From Escherichia coli (GTDB lineage: Bacteria > Pseudomonadota > Gammaproteobacteria > Enterobacterales > Enterobacteriaceae): a stretch of 64,000 bases of DNA. The notes under the pieces were generated by a model. The model saw only the letters and a list, made by a program, of their open reading frames with translations, had not been told where the DNA came from and did no database searches. Of the stretch, positions 20,213 to 31,382 are shown one piece after another. Positions within the stretch are counted from its first letter, which is position 1. Every line of letters begins with the position of its first letter. Location of the stretch: assembly GCF_013315695.1 (NCBI RefSeq), contig NZ_CP054353.1, one strand, 5' to 3'. A program made the translations under genes and the position numbers.

Positions 20213-21630
20213 TGGCGACATGGCAACTTGGCGGGCTGCCTAGCATGGCACCGCAAAATGATAATGCTCCTCGTTCTTCCGTTCCTCAGCCTGTGCAGTA
20301 TCAGCAGCAGCCAAACGTAGGTTTAATGGCGCTACAGGGGCTAAGAGGCGTTGCTGAGATTAATCAGCAGGCACGTCAACAACAGCGTAAAGCAGAGTTT
20401 CAGAAAGCATATGCCGGGGCTTTTGAGTCTGGAGACAGAAACAAAATGCGCAGTCTTATTTCTGAGTATCCAGAAGAATTTGAAAGCGTTCAGAAAGGGA
20501 TGGGCTTTATTGATGACGACCAGAGAAATTCTATTGGTCATCTTGCGACTAGTGCTCAAATCGCATCTTCGCTCGGAACTGGGGCATTTGGAAAATTCAT
20601 AGCAGATAACGAAGATGAAATGCGTCGTTTGGGAATTTCTCCTGAGTCTGTTGCCGAAATGCATGTTAATGATCCACAGGGATTCCAGCGGCTTGCTGGT
20701 AGTATGGCACTGTTTTCTCTCGGTCATGAGAAGTACTTCGATATCAAAGATCGAATGGAAGGTCGGGATATTGAGCGTGGCAAGTTGGCAGAGACGATCC
20801 GCAGCAATCAAGCCGGAGAAGCACTTCAGGCGAGAGGGCAGGATATTAGCCGAGCAAATGCGTTAACGTCAGCATATGCACCAACAGCCGCAATGCAGAA
20901 TTACAATCAATACGCGCAAATGTTAAAGGCGGATCCAGAGGGGGCTGCGGCATTTGCGGCAGCGGCTGGAATTAATACAAACGCCAAAAAATTAATGAGT
21001 GTTAGAGAAAACGATGATGGCACTGTCACAAAATACTACACAGACGGAAGTGAAGAGCAGGGAAAACTAAACCAGCCAATATCTGGAGATGGGTTTCGTC
21101 CAATAGCTTTGCCAACAGCCCAAAAGATCATGGAAAAGTCGCCAGAAGGGGCTAAAAAAGCTGCTGGATTTGCATACAGAGTTAGGGATGCTCTTGATTC
21201 AATAGATACACTGAAAGACCAGCTTAGCCCACAGCGAGTGGCGATCATTAATAATGCTTTGGGTAATGGGACGCTGGCTAACTTAACGCTCAGCCCAACA
21301 GAGCAGCAATACGTTGTTAATGCTAATGACGCAATAATGGCAATACTCCGTCAGGAAACAGGGGCATCTATCCTACCAGCTGAAATGTCCAAATATTATC
21401 AAATGTATTTCCCTCAGCCTGGTGATTCCACAAAAACCATTGATACCAAGCGTAGGAAGATGGAAAACCAGTTCAATTCGCTGAAAGCTGCTTCTGGTCG
21501 AGCTTATGATGCTTTGCGGGTTATTTCAGCAGTTGACAGAGGAACTTCTTCTTCGTCGCAGACATTGCCGCAATCTGAGCAGGTATCACAGCCAGCAGTA
21601 ATTTTTCTTCACTATGGGGTGATTAGGTAA
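20212..21630 (+). CDS. P22 gp20-like ejection protein; last codons replaced by IS1 sequence
   Basis: 472 aa (P22 gp20 is about 471 aa from memory). TAATG overlap with the gp7-like gene. IS1 starts at 21626. The reconstructed ancestral end is ...HYGVING-stop. Confidence 0.6.
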   Translation: MATWQLGGLPSMAPQNDNAPRSSVPQPVQYQQQPNVGLMALQGLRGVAEINQQARQQQRKAEFQKAYAGAFESGDRNKMRSLISEYPEEFESVQKGMGFIDDDQRNSIGHLATSAQIASSLGTGAFGKFIADNEDEMRRLGISPESVAEMHVNDPQGFQRLAGSMALFSLGHEKYFDIKDRMEGRDIERGKLAETIRSNQAGEALQARGQDISRANALTSAYAPTAAMQNYNQYAQMLKADPEGAAAFAAAAGINTNAKKLMSVRENDDGTVTKYYTDGSEEQGKLNQPISGDGFRPIALPTAQKIMEKSPEGAKKAAGFAYRVRDALDSIDTLKDQLSPQRVAIINNALGNGTLANLTLSPTEQQYVVNANDAIMAILRQETGASILPAEMSKYYQMYFPQPGDSTKTIDTKRRKMENQFNSLKAASGRAYDALRVISAVDRGTSSSSQTLPQSEQVSQPAVIFLHYGVIR

Positions 21631-21640
21631 TGACTCCAAC

Positions 21641-22144
21641 TTATTGATAGTGTTTTATGTTCAGATAATGCCCGATGACTTTGTCATGCAGCTCCACCGA
21701 TTTTGAGAACGACAGCGACTTCCGTCCCAGCCGTGCCAGGTGCTGCCTCAGATTCAGGTTATGCCGCTCAATTCGCTGCGTATATCGCTTGCTGATTACG
21801 TGCAGCTTTCCCTTCAGGCGGGATTCATACAGCGGCCAGCCATCCGTCATCCATATCACCACGTCAAAGGGTGACAGCAGGCTCATAAGACGCCCCAGCG
21901 TCGCCATAGTGCGTTCACCGAATACGTGCGCAACAACCGTCTTCCGGAGCCTGTCATACGCGTAAAACAGCCAGCGCTGGCGCGATTTAGCCCCGACATA
22001 GCCCCACTGTTCGTCCATTTCCGCGCAGACGATGACGTCACTGCCCGGCTGTATGCGCGAGGTTACCGACTGCGGCCTGAGTTTTTTAAGTGACGTAAAA
22101 TCGTGTTGAGGCCAACGCCCATAATGCGGGCTGTTGCCCGGCAT
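21641..22144 (-). CDS. insB: IS1 InsB' frame (made as an InsAB' fusion by -1 frameshift)
   Basis: 167-aa ORF identical in all complete IS1 copies in the window. Confidence 0.9.
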
Positions 22145-22338
22145 CCAACGCCATTCATGGCCATATCAATGATTTTCTGGTGCGTACCGGGTTGAGAAGC
22201 GGTGTAAGTGAACTGCAGTTGCCATGTTTTACGGCAGTGAGAGCAGAGATAGCGCTGATGTCCGGCGGTGCTTTTGCCGTTACGCACCACCCCGTCAGTA
22301 GCTGAACAGGAGGGACAGCTGATAGAAACAGAAGCCAC
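22063..22338 (-). CDS. insA: IS1 InsA
   Basis: 91 aa starting [30 protein letters not shown]. Confidence 0.92.
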
Positions 22339-22611
22339 TGGAGCACCTCAAAAACACCATCATACACTAAATCAGTAAGTTGGCAGCATCACCGAATAAA
22401 CGTATCCTCACGATTGCGCCATTCTTCTTACCGATATTCTGACACACATCATTAACTTTCTATTTTACTCTTTTCTCCACCATAAAATCAATAAAAGCAC
22501 TAACAGTAATTATAAATAAAAACAAAGCCAAAAATCTTGGTTCCAAAACTGGTAACAACTAACCAGTTTAAATATACGCATCAAAATCAGATAAACATTT
22601 GAGGTATTGTC

Positions 22612-22854
22612 ATGACAAAAAAACACCTATCACTGTTTTCTCCTTTTATGCTGACAGAAAAAATAAAGCCATGTAATCGTATCGTTATGGCTCCTATGAC
22701 GACCTGGTCAGCTAATCCTGATGGAACCATCTCTGAGCAAAAACTCGAATATTATAAATGTCGCTCACAAAATATTGGTTTAGTAATTACAGGATATACC
22801 TATGTCACGCCAAGGAAATTCAGGCATCGAAAGGAACTGGCTGGTTTCCGTTAA
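22612..22854 (+). pseudogene. N-terminal fragment of an Old Yellow Enzyme-type NADH:flavin oxidoreductase
   Basis: 80-aa ORF, ...LFSPFMLTEKIKPCNRIVMAPMTTWSANPDGTISEQKLEYY..., which is an OYE N-terminal pattern. The frame then collapses and no continuation was found. Confidence 0.5.
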
Positions 22855-23322
22855 TAGATTAAATATCTATTACTCTCCCGAGAGTAAAACTATCAAATCA
22901 ATGAGTAACCGATACAGCCTCACAAATTCTTTCAGATAATTAACCCGTCACTGCGGCACGTTCTCTCGTAAGGCGTGCCTGCAGTGTAATCCAGTATGTG
23001 TCCGGCATAGTTGACGGTTTAATAGAACTCAATTCCTCTCCCAGGTCACCAACAACGATATCTTGTATAACACCCCAGGAGATACAACATTATGATGAGA
23101 TGCGATATGCTCCTCAGCGCCAATCAATGCCAGGGCTGGGCCAGTCTTGAGATCAGACTCATTCCCGAAACTGACTTCAGGCGACATATATCAATGACGT
23201 TGGTGCAATAAAAGATAGCCGATGTAATACATCTATTCAAATTTGTGATACATGTCAAAAAATTGGTTGACCAAACTCGTTATTTATATAAGTGCACTCT
23301 TTTTTAAAGCGAGGAAGTACCA

Positions 23323-23424
23323 ATGAAAGAGAATAAAGTACAGCAAATCAGTCATAAACTGATTAATATCGTTGTTTTTGTCGCAATTGTAGAATACGCC
23401 TATTTATTTCTCCATTTCTATTAA
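23323..23424 (+). CDS. ykgR: Small membrane protein YkgR
   Basis: 33 codons, MKENKVQQISHKLINIVVFVAIVEYAYLFLHFY, with SD gaggaag. Recalled as ykgR, just upstream of ykgM. Confidence 0.6.
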   Translation: MKENKVQQISHKLINIVVFVAIVEYAYLFLHFY

Positions 23425-23759
23425 TAACGGCAATAAACTGTTCACTTCAGTGATATTTAAAATATGCATCCTCTCCCTTTTTTGTAAGTAATTATTATAT
23501 CCGTGGGAGAGGAATATACGCTGTCAGGTAATCAATCAAACTGCGATAAATCATCGGCCAGTAAAGTGGAGATAGCCTCCATTCTCGAAAAATCCATACT
23601 CTCAGCGAAACCATCATCAATCACTCATCCAGGCGTTTATGGGAGCGTAGCCAATGGCTGCTAACAATGCCAGACTTCCCCGTTGCGGAAATTCCACATC
23701 CCACAAATAGTCACAGGGATTGGGTGTTGAAATGATCCGGATGAGCATGTATCTTTATG

Positions 23760-23777
23760 GTTATGTTATAACATAAC
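23760..23777. promoter_or_regulatory. Zur box (perfect 18-bp palindrome GTTATGTTATAACATAAC)
   Basis: It lies 11 bp upstream of the ykgM start. ykgM-ykgO is a known Zur-repressed operon. Confidence 0.65.
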
Positions 23778-23788
23778 AGGTAAAAATG

Positions 23789-24052
23789 ATGAAGCCCAAT
23801 ATCCATCCTGAGTATCGTACTGTGGTGTTCCACGACACCAGTGTTGATGAGTACTTTAAAATCGGCTCGACTATCAAAACAGACCGTGAGATTGAGCTGG
23901 ATGGCGTAACGTATCCGTACGTAACAATTGATGTCTCTTCAAAATCGCACCCGTTCTATACAGGGAAGCTGAGAACAGTGGCATCAGAAGGAAATGTTGC
24001 ACGATTCACCCAACGTTTTGGTCGTTTTGTTAGCACGAAAAAGGGGGCATGA
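23789..24052 (+). CDS. ykgM: Zinc-independent ribosomal protein L31 paralog
   Basis: [32 protein letters not shown]... It lacks the Cys zinc motif. The ORF track starts one Met earlier, at 23786. Confidence 0.93.
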
Positions 24053-24192
24053 TGAAAGTCCTTAACTCTCTGCGTACCGCAAAAGAACGCCATCCAGACT
24101 GTCAGATTGTGAAGCGAAAAGGACGGCTGTATGTGATTTGTAAATCTAATCCACGTTTTAAGGTCGTTCAGGGTCGTAAGAAAAAACGTTGA
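24052..24192 (+). CDS. ykgO: Zinc-independent ribosomal protein L36 paralog
   Basis: 46 codons, [46 protein letters not shown]. The ATG overlaps the ykgM stop. It is too short for the ORF track. Confidence 0.9.
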   Translation: MKVLNSLRTAKERHPDCQIVKRKGRLYVICKSNPRFKVVQGRKKKR

Positions 24193-24242
24193 TTTAAAAT
24201 TCGACGAATTAACGATATTTGTCTGATTAATAATCAGACCTG

Positions 24243-24281
24243 ATTAATGTTGGTGTATTTATTACACCAGCATTAATTTTC
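24243..24281 (+). terminator. Terminator after ykgMO
   Basis: attaatgttggtgta pairs with tacaccagcattaat (one G-U pair) and is followed by tttt. A second palindrome, gtctgattaataatcagac, lies at 24221..24239. Confidence 0.5.
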
Positions 24282-25143
24282 CTGGGGATGTATCTTCCTG
24301 TTCATTTAAGGTCAACTGCCTGACGTTTCTCTCCGAATATTCCATTATATTAATGTTGACTTGTTGACCAGCTTCGCCCTGTATGCTGGCATCAACTCTA
24401 TTTTAGACTGAACACGTCACTCAGTTTCCTCCCTTTGCGACGCAGCCTGCATTTACACTCAAACTATTAAGATGATAAATGTGGTAAATCTGTTGGTACT
24501 GGCATAAAAACGTTTACGCCACAGGAACGGCCTGATCCATCGGTAACCCCATCGCCGACGTTCGAGTGCCAGTTAGAGTAACGCGCACAGATGACTGAAT
24601 GCAGTGCCCTGGCAAAGAGGCCATCGTTCCTGTGACAACTGGCAGTCTTCGTTTAACTTCACTTAATTTGGCTCTTAGGGGGCTTACCGGACATGATGAC
24701 GTACTTACACCTGTTTAATTTTTCATCACTTATTGGAGTGAACACCCATAACCATTTTGTGCGGCATGTTAACCCATTAAAACACCTTACTGATTGGCAA
24801 ATCATCTTTAATTATGACTCATGATAGTTTTATATTCTATTTCTTATCATTTAAACTTGTTTTTTTACTAGTCCATTACACAACACATTAAGACTATTCC
24901 TAACACCTCAGGGCAAAGTTCCTGGCTAATATAAAATGCAAGTAAGAATTGAACGTTATATTGCCAATAACCTTATGAAACTGAATGTCTTTTTCTTCTT
25001 ATCAAAAAAGCAATATTTTCATTTTTTGTAAATATTGACTTAACCATGGAATTCATTTTCTGTTCACATATTGACACTCATCAGGAAAAAAACATAAATT
25101 TAAACCTAATCGAAATAATTAAAACTTAGGTAATGACTCCAAC

Positions 25144-25647
25144 TTATTGATAGTGTTTTATGTTCAGATAATGCCCGATGACTTTGTCATGCAGCTCCAC
25201 CGATTTTGAGAACGACAGCGACTTCCGTCCCAGCCGTGCCAGGTGCTGCCTCAGATTCAGGTTATGCCGCTCAATTCGCTGCGTATATCGCTTGCTGATT
25301 ACGTGCAGCTTTCCCTTCAGGCGGGATTCATACAGCGGCCAGCCATCCGTCATCCATATCACCACGTCAAAGGGTGACAGCAGGCTCATAAGACGCCCCA
25401 GCGTCGCCATAGTGCGTTCACCGAATACGTGCGCAACAACCGTCTTCCGGAGCCTGTCATACGCGTAAAACAGCCAGCGCTGGCGCGATTTAGCCCCGAC
25501 ATAGCCCCACTGTTCGTCCATTTCCGCGCAGACGATGACGTCACTGCCCGGCTGTATGCGCGAGGTTACCGACTGCGGCCTGAGTTTTTTAAGTGACGTA
25601 AAATCGTGTTGAGGCCAACGCCCATAATGCGGGCTGTTGCCCGGCAT
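25144..25647 (-). CDS. insB: IS1 InsB' frame
   Basis: Identical 167-aa ORF. Confidence 0.9.
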
Positions 25648-25841
25648 CCAACGCCATTCATGGCCATATCAATGATTTTCTGGTGCGTACCGGGTTGAGA
25701 AGCGGTGTAAGTGAACTGCAGTTGCCATGTTTTACGGCAGTGAGAGCAGAGATAGCGCTGATGTCCGGCGGTGCTTTTGCCGTTACGCACCACCCCGTCA
25801 GTAGCTGAACAGGAGGGACAGCTGATAGAAACAGAAGCCAC
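25566..25841 (-). CDS. insA: IS1 InsA
   Basis: Identical 91-aa ORF. Confidence 0.92.
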
Positions 25842-25896
25842 TGGAGCACCTCAAAAACACCATCATACACTAAATCAGTAAGTTGGCAGCATCACC

Positions 25897-28180
25897 GGAT
25901 GATGGACAGCTACGCATCCGGAAAATACAGCTGGAAGAGAGTGAAGATAACGCCAGTGTCAGCGAACAAACTCGACAGCAACTGATGACTCTGGCCAACG
26001 CCCCGTTCAATGAGGCCCTTACCATCCCCCTGACTGACAACGCGCAGCTGGATCTCAGCTTGCGCCAACTGCTGCTGCAGCTGGTGGTCAAGCGCGAAGC
26101 GCTGGGCACCGTACTACGCTCACGTAGCGAAGACATCGGGCAGTCCAGTGTTAACACCCTCAGCAGTAATCTGAGCTATAACTTCGGCGTCTATAACAAC
26201 CAGTTGCGTAACGGCGGGAGCAACACATCCAGCTATCTGTCGCTGAATAACGTTACTGCACTGCGCGAACATCATGTGGTGCTCGACGGCTCGCTGTACG
26301 GGATCGGTAGCGGTCAACAGGACAGTGAATTATATAAAGCGATGTATGAACGCGATTTTGCCGGTCACCGATTTGCCGGTGGAATGCTCGACACCTGGAA
26401 CTTGCAGTCCTTAGGGCCGATGACCGCCATTTCAGCAGGGAAGATTTACGGCCTTTCCTGGGGAAACCAGGCCAGCTCCACCATCTTCGACAGCAGCCAG
26501 TCAGCCACGCCAGTGATCGCCTTTTTACCGGCGGCGGGCGAAGTACATCTCACCCGTGATGGGCGGTTACTAAGCGTTCAGAACTTCACCATGGGCAATC
26601 ATGAAGTGGATACCCGGGGTCTACCGTACGGTATTTACGATGTGGAAGTTGAGGTCATCGTTAACGGTCGCGTGATTAGCAAACGCACTCAACGGGTCAA
26701 TAAGCTGTTTAGCCGGGGGCGCGGCGTCGGTGCACCACTGGCGTGGCAGATATGGGGCGGTAGCTTTCATATGGATCGCTGGTCGGAAAACGGGAAAAAG
26801 ACGCGACCAGCTAAAGATAGTTGGCTGGCAGGTGCCTCGACCTCCGGCTCACTGAGTACGCTTAGCTGGGCGGCAACGGGATATGGATACGATAATCAGG
26901 CGGTGGGTGAAACCCGTCTGACGCTGCCGCTTGGGGGAGCGATCAACGTTAACCTGCAAAATATGCTGGCCAGTGACAGCTCATGGAGCAACATCGCCAG
27001 CATCAGCGCCACTCTACCGGGAGGCTTTAGTTCGCTGTGGGTTAACCAGGAAAAAACCCGCATTGGCAATCAATTGCGACGTAGCGATGCCGACAACCGT
27101 GCAATCGGCGGCACACTCAACCTGAACTCACTGTGGTCGAAGCTGGGCACATTCAGCATCAGCTACAATGATGACCGCCGTTACAACAGCCATTATTACA
27201 CGGCAGATTACTATCAAAGTGTCTACAGCGGTACCTTTGGTACGCTTGGCCTGCGGGCCGGTATTCAGCGCTATAACAACGGCGACAGCAGCGCCAATAC
27301 AGGAAAATATATCGCTCTCGATCTCTCGCTACCACTGGGCAACTGGTTTAGCGCAGGGATGACCCATCAAAACGGCTACACCATGGCAAACCTGTCAGCA
27401 CGCAAACAGTTTGATGAAGGGACCATTCGCACTGTTGGTGCCAATCTGTCACGAGCCATCTCCGGCGATACCGGTGATGACAAAACTCTCAGTGGTGGGG
27501 CGTATGCACAGTTCGACGCTCGTTACGCCAGCGGAACGCTGAACGTCAATAGCGCGGCGGACGGCTACATCAATACTAATTTGACCGCCAACGGCAGCGT
27601 CGGCTGGCAGGGTAAAAACATCGCTGCCAGCGGGCGGACCGATGGCAACGCTGGGGTGATATTCGACACTGGCCTGGAGAACGATGGTCAGATCAGCGCC
27701 AAAATCAACGGGCGGATTTTCCCGCTTAACGGCAAGCGTAACTATCTCCCGCTCTCTCCCTATGGAAGATATGAGGTGGAGTTACAGAACAGCAAAAACT
27801 CACTCGACAGTTACGATATCGTCAGCGGTCGCAAAAGTCATCTGACTCTCTATCCAGGCAATGTCGCTGTCATTGAGCCAGAGGTGAAGCAGATGGTTAC
27901 CGTCTCCGGTCGTATCCGTGCGGAAGACGGCACACTGCTGGCTAACGCACGGATTAACAACCATATCGGCCGAACCCGAACCGATGAAAACGGCGAGTTT
28001 GTCATGGACGTGGATAAGAAATACCCCACTATCGATTTTCGCTACAGTGGCAATAAAACCTGCGAAGTGGCACTGGAACTCAACCAGGCGCGCGGTGCCG
28101 TCTGGGTCGGTGATGTGGTCTGCAGCGGCCTCTCATCGTGGGCGGCGGTGACGCAGACAGGAGAAGAGAATGAGAGTTAA
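25897..28180 (+). pseudogene. ecpC: E. coli common pilus usher EcpC, 5'-truncated by IS1
   Basis: The first codons of ORF 25883..28180 are IS1 sequence. The remainder (...[20 protein letters not shown]... to the C-terminus) is followed by ecpD and ecpE. No ecpR, ecpA or ecpB is present. Confidence 0.85.
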
Positions 28181-29813
28181 CTTACTGATAGCGATGATAA
28201 TCTTTGCGCTAATCTGGCCTGCAACCGCGCTCAGAGCGGCAGTGAGCAAAACAACCTGGGCGGATGCTCCGGCACGCGAGTTTGTGTTTGTCGAAAACAA
28301 CTCAGACGACAACTTTTTCGTCACGCCTGGCGGGGCGCTGGATCCGCGCCTGACCGGTGCCAACCGCTGGACCGGTTTAAAATACAATGGTTCAGGAACC
28401 ATCTATCAGCAAAGCCTCGGCTACATTGATAACGGTTACAACACCGGCCTTTATACCAACTGGAAGTTTGATATGTGGCTGGAAAATTCACCAGTTTCAT
28501 CTCCTTTAACTGGCTTGCGCTGCATCAACTGGTACGCTGGGTGTAATATGACCACCAGTCTTATCCTGCCGCAAACCACCGACGCCAGTGGATTTTATGG
28601 CGCGACGGTGACCAGCGGCGGCGCGAAGTGGATGCACGGCATGTTGTCAGACGCGTTTTACCAGTATCTGCAACAAATGCCCGTCGGCAGCAGCTTTACA
28701 ATGACCATCAATGCCTGCCAGACCTCTGTGAACTATGATGCCAGCAGCGGCGCACGCTGTAAGGATCAGGCCTCCGGCAACTGGTATGTTCGCAACGTCA
28801 CCCATACGAAAGCAGCAAATCTGCGGTTGATAAATACCCACTCGCTGGCGGAAGTATTTATCAACAGCGACGGAGTACCGACTCTGGGCGAAGGGAACGC
28901 CGACTGCCGGACGCAAACCATCGGCAGCCGTTCAGGATTAAGTTGTAAGATGGTTAACTATACCCTGCAAACAAACGGGCTCAGCAACACCTCAATCCAT
29001 ATCTTCCCGGCGATCGCCAACTCGTCGTTAGCCTCGGCCGTCGGGGCGTACGATATGCAGTTCAGTCTGAATGGCAGTTCATGGAAACCGGTGAGCAATA
29101 CCGCCTATTACTACACCTTCAACGAGATGAAGAGCGCAGACTCGATCTATGTTTTCTTCTCGAGCAACTTCTTTAAGCAGATGGTGAACCTGGGGATCAG
29201 CGATATCAACACCAAAGATCTGTTCAACTTTCGCTTTCAGAACACCACATCACCGGAGTCTGGCTGGTATGAATTTTCTACCTCCAACACGCTGATTATC
29301 AAACCCCGTGATTTCAGCATCAGTATTATCTCCGATGAATATACTCAGACACCGTCGCGGGAGGGATATGTTGGCAGCGGCGAGTCGGCACTCGATTTCG
29401 GCTATATCGTAACCACCAGCGGTAAAACAGCTGCCGACGAAGTGCTGATCAAGGTGACCGGACCCGCGCAGGTGATTGGCGGGCGCTCCTATTGTGTCTT
29501 CAGCTCCGATGACGGTAAGGCGAAAGTACCGTTCCCGGCGACACTTTCCTTTATTACCCGCAACGGAGCTACAAAAACCTACGATGCCGGGTGCGATGAT
29601 AGCTGGCGGGATATGACCGATGCGCTGTGGTTGACCACACCGTGGACTGATATCTCTGGCGAAGTGGGGCAGATGGATAAGACCACAGTCAAATTTTCGA
29701 TTCCAATGTATAACGCCATTTCTCTGCGTACGGTAGATGATAACGGCTGGTTTGGCGAAGTCAGCGCTTCAGGAGAGATTCATGTTCAGGCGACGTGGCG
29801 TAACATTAACTAA
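28170..29813 (+). CDS. ecpD: E. coli common pilus tip adhesin EcpD
   Basis: 547 aa with a signal peptide, [23 protein letters not shown]. Its position matches the yagW/ecpD locus. Confidence 0.9.
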   Translation: MRVNLLIAMIIFALIWPATALRAAVSKTTWADAPAREFVFVENNSDDNFFVTPGGALDPRLTGANRWTGLKYNGSGTIYQQSLGYIDNGYNTGLYTNWKFDMWLENSPVSSPLTGLRCINWYAGCNMTTSLILPQTTDASGFYGATVTSGGAKWMHGMLSDAFYQYLQQMPVGSSFTMTINACQTSVNYDASSGARCKDQASGNWYVRNVTHTKAANLRLINTHSLAEVFINSDGVPTLGEGNADCRTQTIGSRSGLSCKMVNYTLQTNGLSNTSIHIFPAIANSSLASAVGAYDMQFSLNGSSWKPVSNTAYYYTFNEMKSADSIYVFFSSNFFKQMVNLGISDINTKDLFNFRFQNTTSPESGWYEFSTSNTLIIKPRDFSISIISDEYTQTPSREGYVGSGESALDFGYIVTTSGKTAADEVLIKVTGPAQVIGGRSYCVFSSDDGKAKVPFPATLSFITRNGATKTYDAGCDDSWRDMTDALWLTTPWTDISGEVGQMDKTTVKFSIPMYNAISLRTVDDNGWFGEVSASGEIHVQATWRNIN

Positions 29814-30492
29814 GGCCCTGCTGACAGTGGTCTGTATGCTGGCGGCACCTTTGACACAGGCGATTTCGGTCGGTAATCTGACATTTTCGCTGCCGTCCGA
29901 GACTGACTTTGTCAGCAAACGTGTAGTGAATAACAACAAAAGCGCGCGGATATACCGTATTGCCATCAGTGCTATCGATAGCCCGGGCAGCAGTGAATTG
30001 CGCACTCGACCGGTGGATGGTGAACTGCTTTTCGCCCCCCGCCAGCTGGCGTTGCAGGCTGGTGAGAGCGAGTATTTTAAATTTTACTATCATGGTCCAC
30101 AGGATAACCGCGAGCGCTACTACCGGGTCTCATTTCGCGAGGTCCCCACTCGCAACCAGACAAGACGTAGCCCAACCGGCGGCGAGGTCAGCACAGAGCC
30201 GGTGGTGGTGATGGATACCATTCTGGTAGTACGACCACGTCAGGTTCAGTTTAAATGGTCCTTCGATCAGGTGACCGGAGCGGTAAGTAACACCGGCAAC
30301 ACGTGGTTTAAGCTACTGATTAAACCAGGATGTGATTCGACCGAAGAGGAAGGCGATGCCTGGTATCTACGTCCGGGAGACGTGGTTCATCAGCCTGAGT
30401 TACGTCAGCCGGGGAATCACTATCTGGTCTATAACGACAAATTCATTAAGATTAGCGATTCCTGTCCGGCTAAGCCCCCTTCGGCGGACTAA
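29782..30492 (+). CDS. ecpE: E. coli common pilus chaperone EcpE
   Basis: ORF track 29737..30492. The canonical start [15 protein letters not shown] is at ATG 29782, after the SD aggagag. Confidence 0.9.
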   Translation: MFRRRGVTLTKALLTVVCMLAAPLTQAISVGNLTFSLPSETDFVSKRVVNNNKSARIYRIAISAIDSPGSSELRTRPVDGELLFAPRQLALQAGESEYFKFYYHGPQDNRERYYRVSFREVPTRNQTRRSPTGGEVSTEPVVVMDTILVVRPRQVQFKWSFDQVTGAVSNTGNTWFKLLIKPGCDSTEEEGDAWYLRPGDVVHQPELRQPGNHYLVYNDKFIKISDSCPAKPPSAD

Positions 30493-30804
30493 GACTTATC
30501 CATCAGACGAGGGAAGAATTCTACCTCAGAGACTCAAAAATCGTTTAAATGATGTGGAAGCGATCGTCAATGTCACCTGTAACGATGAGCTTTCTCATAT
30601 GCACACCACAGTGTTCAGGAGACACGGAAAGGTACCAGGCGGCCTGCTAACGAGTGGTTTCTTCACGAATTAGGACGTAAAATCGGTAACGGCTGGAAAT
30701 CATTCAATACTCACACTATCGAAAGTACACCAGCCAACCGCGATACGTCCCTGCATACGACGTACCGCAGTTCTCTTTACGATTTATAGCTGTACTGGTG
30801 AATT

Positions 30805-31134
30805 ATGAGCAATCTGAATCCATGCATGACGTGTGGTGCCTGTTGTGCATTTTTCCGCGTCTCTTTTTACTGGGCCGAAGCCGACGATGCTGGCGGTACC
30901 ATTCCCGCCAGGCTTACTGAACAAATATCCCCTTTTCACCGATGCATGAGCGGTACCAATCAGAAAAACCCCCGATGTATTGCCCTTGCAGGAACACCGG
31001 GCAAAAATGCCTGTTGCACGATATATAAAAATCGATCGTCCACGTGCAGAGAATTCGCCATGTCTGGTGAGAACGGAGTCGTCAATGAGGCTTGCAATCG
31101 TGCAAGAGCTAAATACGGGCTGACACCGTTATAA
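30805..31134 (+). CDS. ykgJ: YkgJ-family cysteine-cluster (Zn/Fe-binding) protein
   Basis: 109 aa starting [25 protein letters not shown]. Confidence 0.9.
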
Positions 31135-31155
31135 ATATGCAATAATTAATTGCAC

Positions 31156-31189
31156 TGCCCCGCCAGCTATAATCGCGGGGCCTCGTTTT
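31156..31189 (+). terminator. Possible terminator after ykgJ
   Basis: gccccgc (31156..31162) pairs with gcggggc (31174..31180). The sequence ctcgttttt follows. Confidence 0.45.
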
Positions 31190-31340
31190 TCAGGGATAAC
31201 AAACCCCGAAACTTCTTCCATCTGCCAGCAACAATGCCTCTTCCTCTATAGTGTTCTCCGGATCTACAGCATCCTGAAGTAGCGCGATGTACTCACTGGC
31301 TATCTGCATCAGAAAGTTAAAAACAATGTTTTTAACCTAT

Positions 31341-31369
31341 AAAAATGGCGCTGTATTTGCGCCATTTTT
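31341..31369. terminator. Bidirectional hairpin downstream of yagU
   Basis: aaaaatggcg (31341..31350) pairs with cgccattttt (31360..31369). A/T runs flank it on both sides. Confidence 0.6.
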
Positions 31370-31382
31370 ATCATTCAATGCA

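Larger units (their letters stand above)
8860..21625. mobile_element. thrW-integrated P4-family element E1, left segment (separated from its right segment by the IS1 inversion)
   Basis: It starts at the tRNA 3' end with an integrase reading inward, then AlpA-like, primase-helicase and an iteron origin. It ends at the IS1 insertion point. Confidence 0.75.
21626..22393 (-). mobile_element. IS1 copy 1 (768 bp)
   Basis: The ends are ggtaatgactccaacttattgat... and ...atcagtaagttggcagcatcacc. The flanks are gggtgatta (left) and gaataaacg (right), which are not a direct duplication. Confidence 0.97.
25129..25896 (-). mobile_element. IS1 copy 2 (768 bp)
   Basis: Same ends as copy 1 and the same orientation. 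The flanks taaaactta and ggatgatgg do not match, and the right flank is inside ecpC. Confidence 0.97.

Noticed and set aside
21675-21965. 96-aa and 70-aa ORFs repeated in every IS1 copy (for example 22155..22367, 45834..46046)
   Set aside because: These are antisense or alternative frames of the IS1 insA/insB region. They are known not to be IS1 genes.
30332-30673. 113-aa ORF overlapping the 3' end of ecpE
   Set aside because: It is an alternative frame of ecpE that continues into the intergenic region. It has no start context and no family resemblance.
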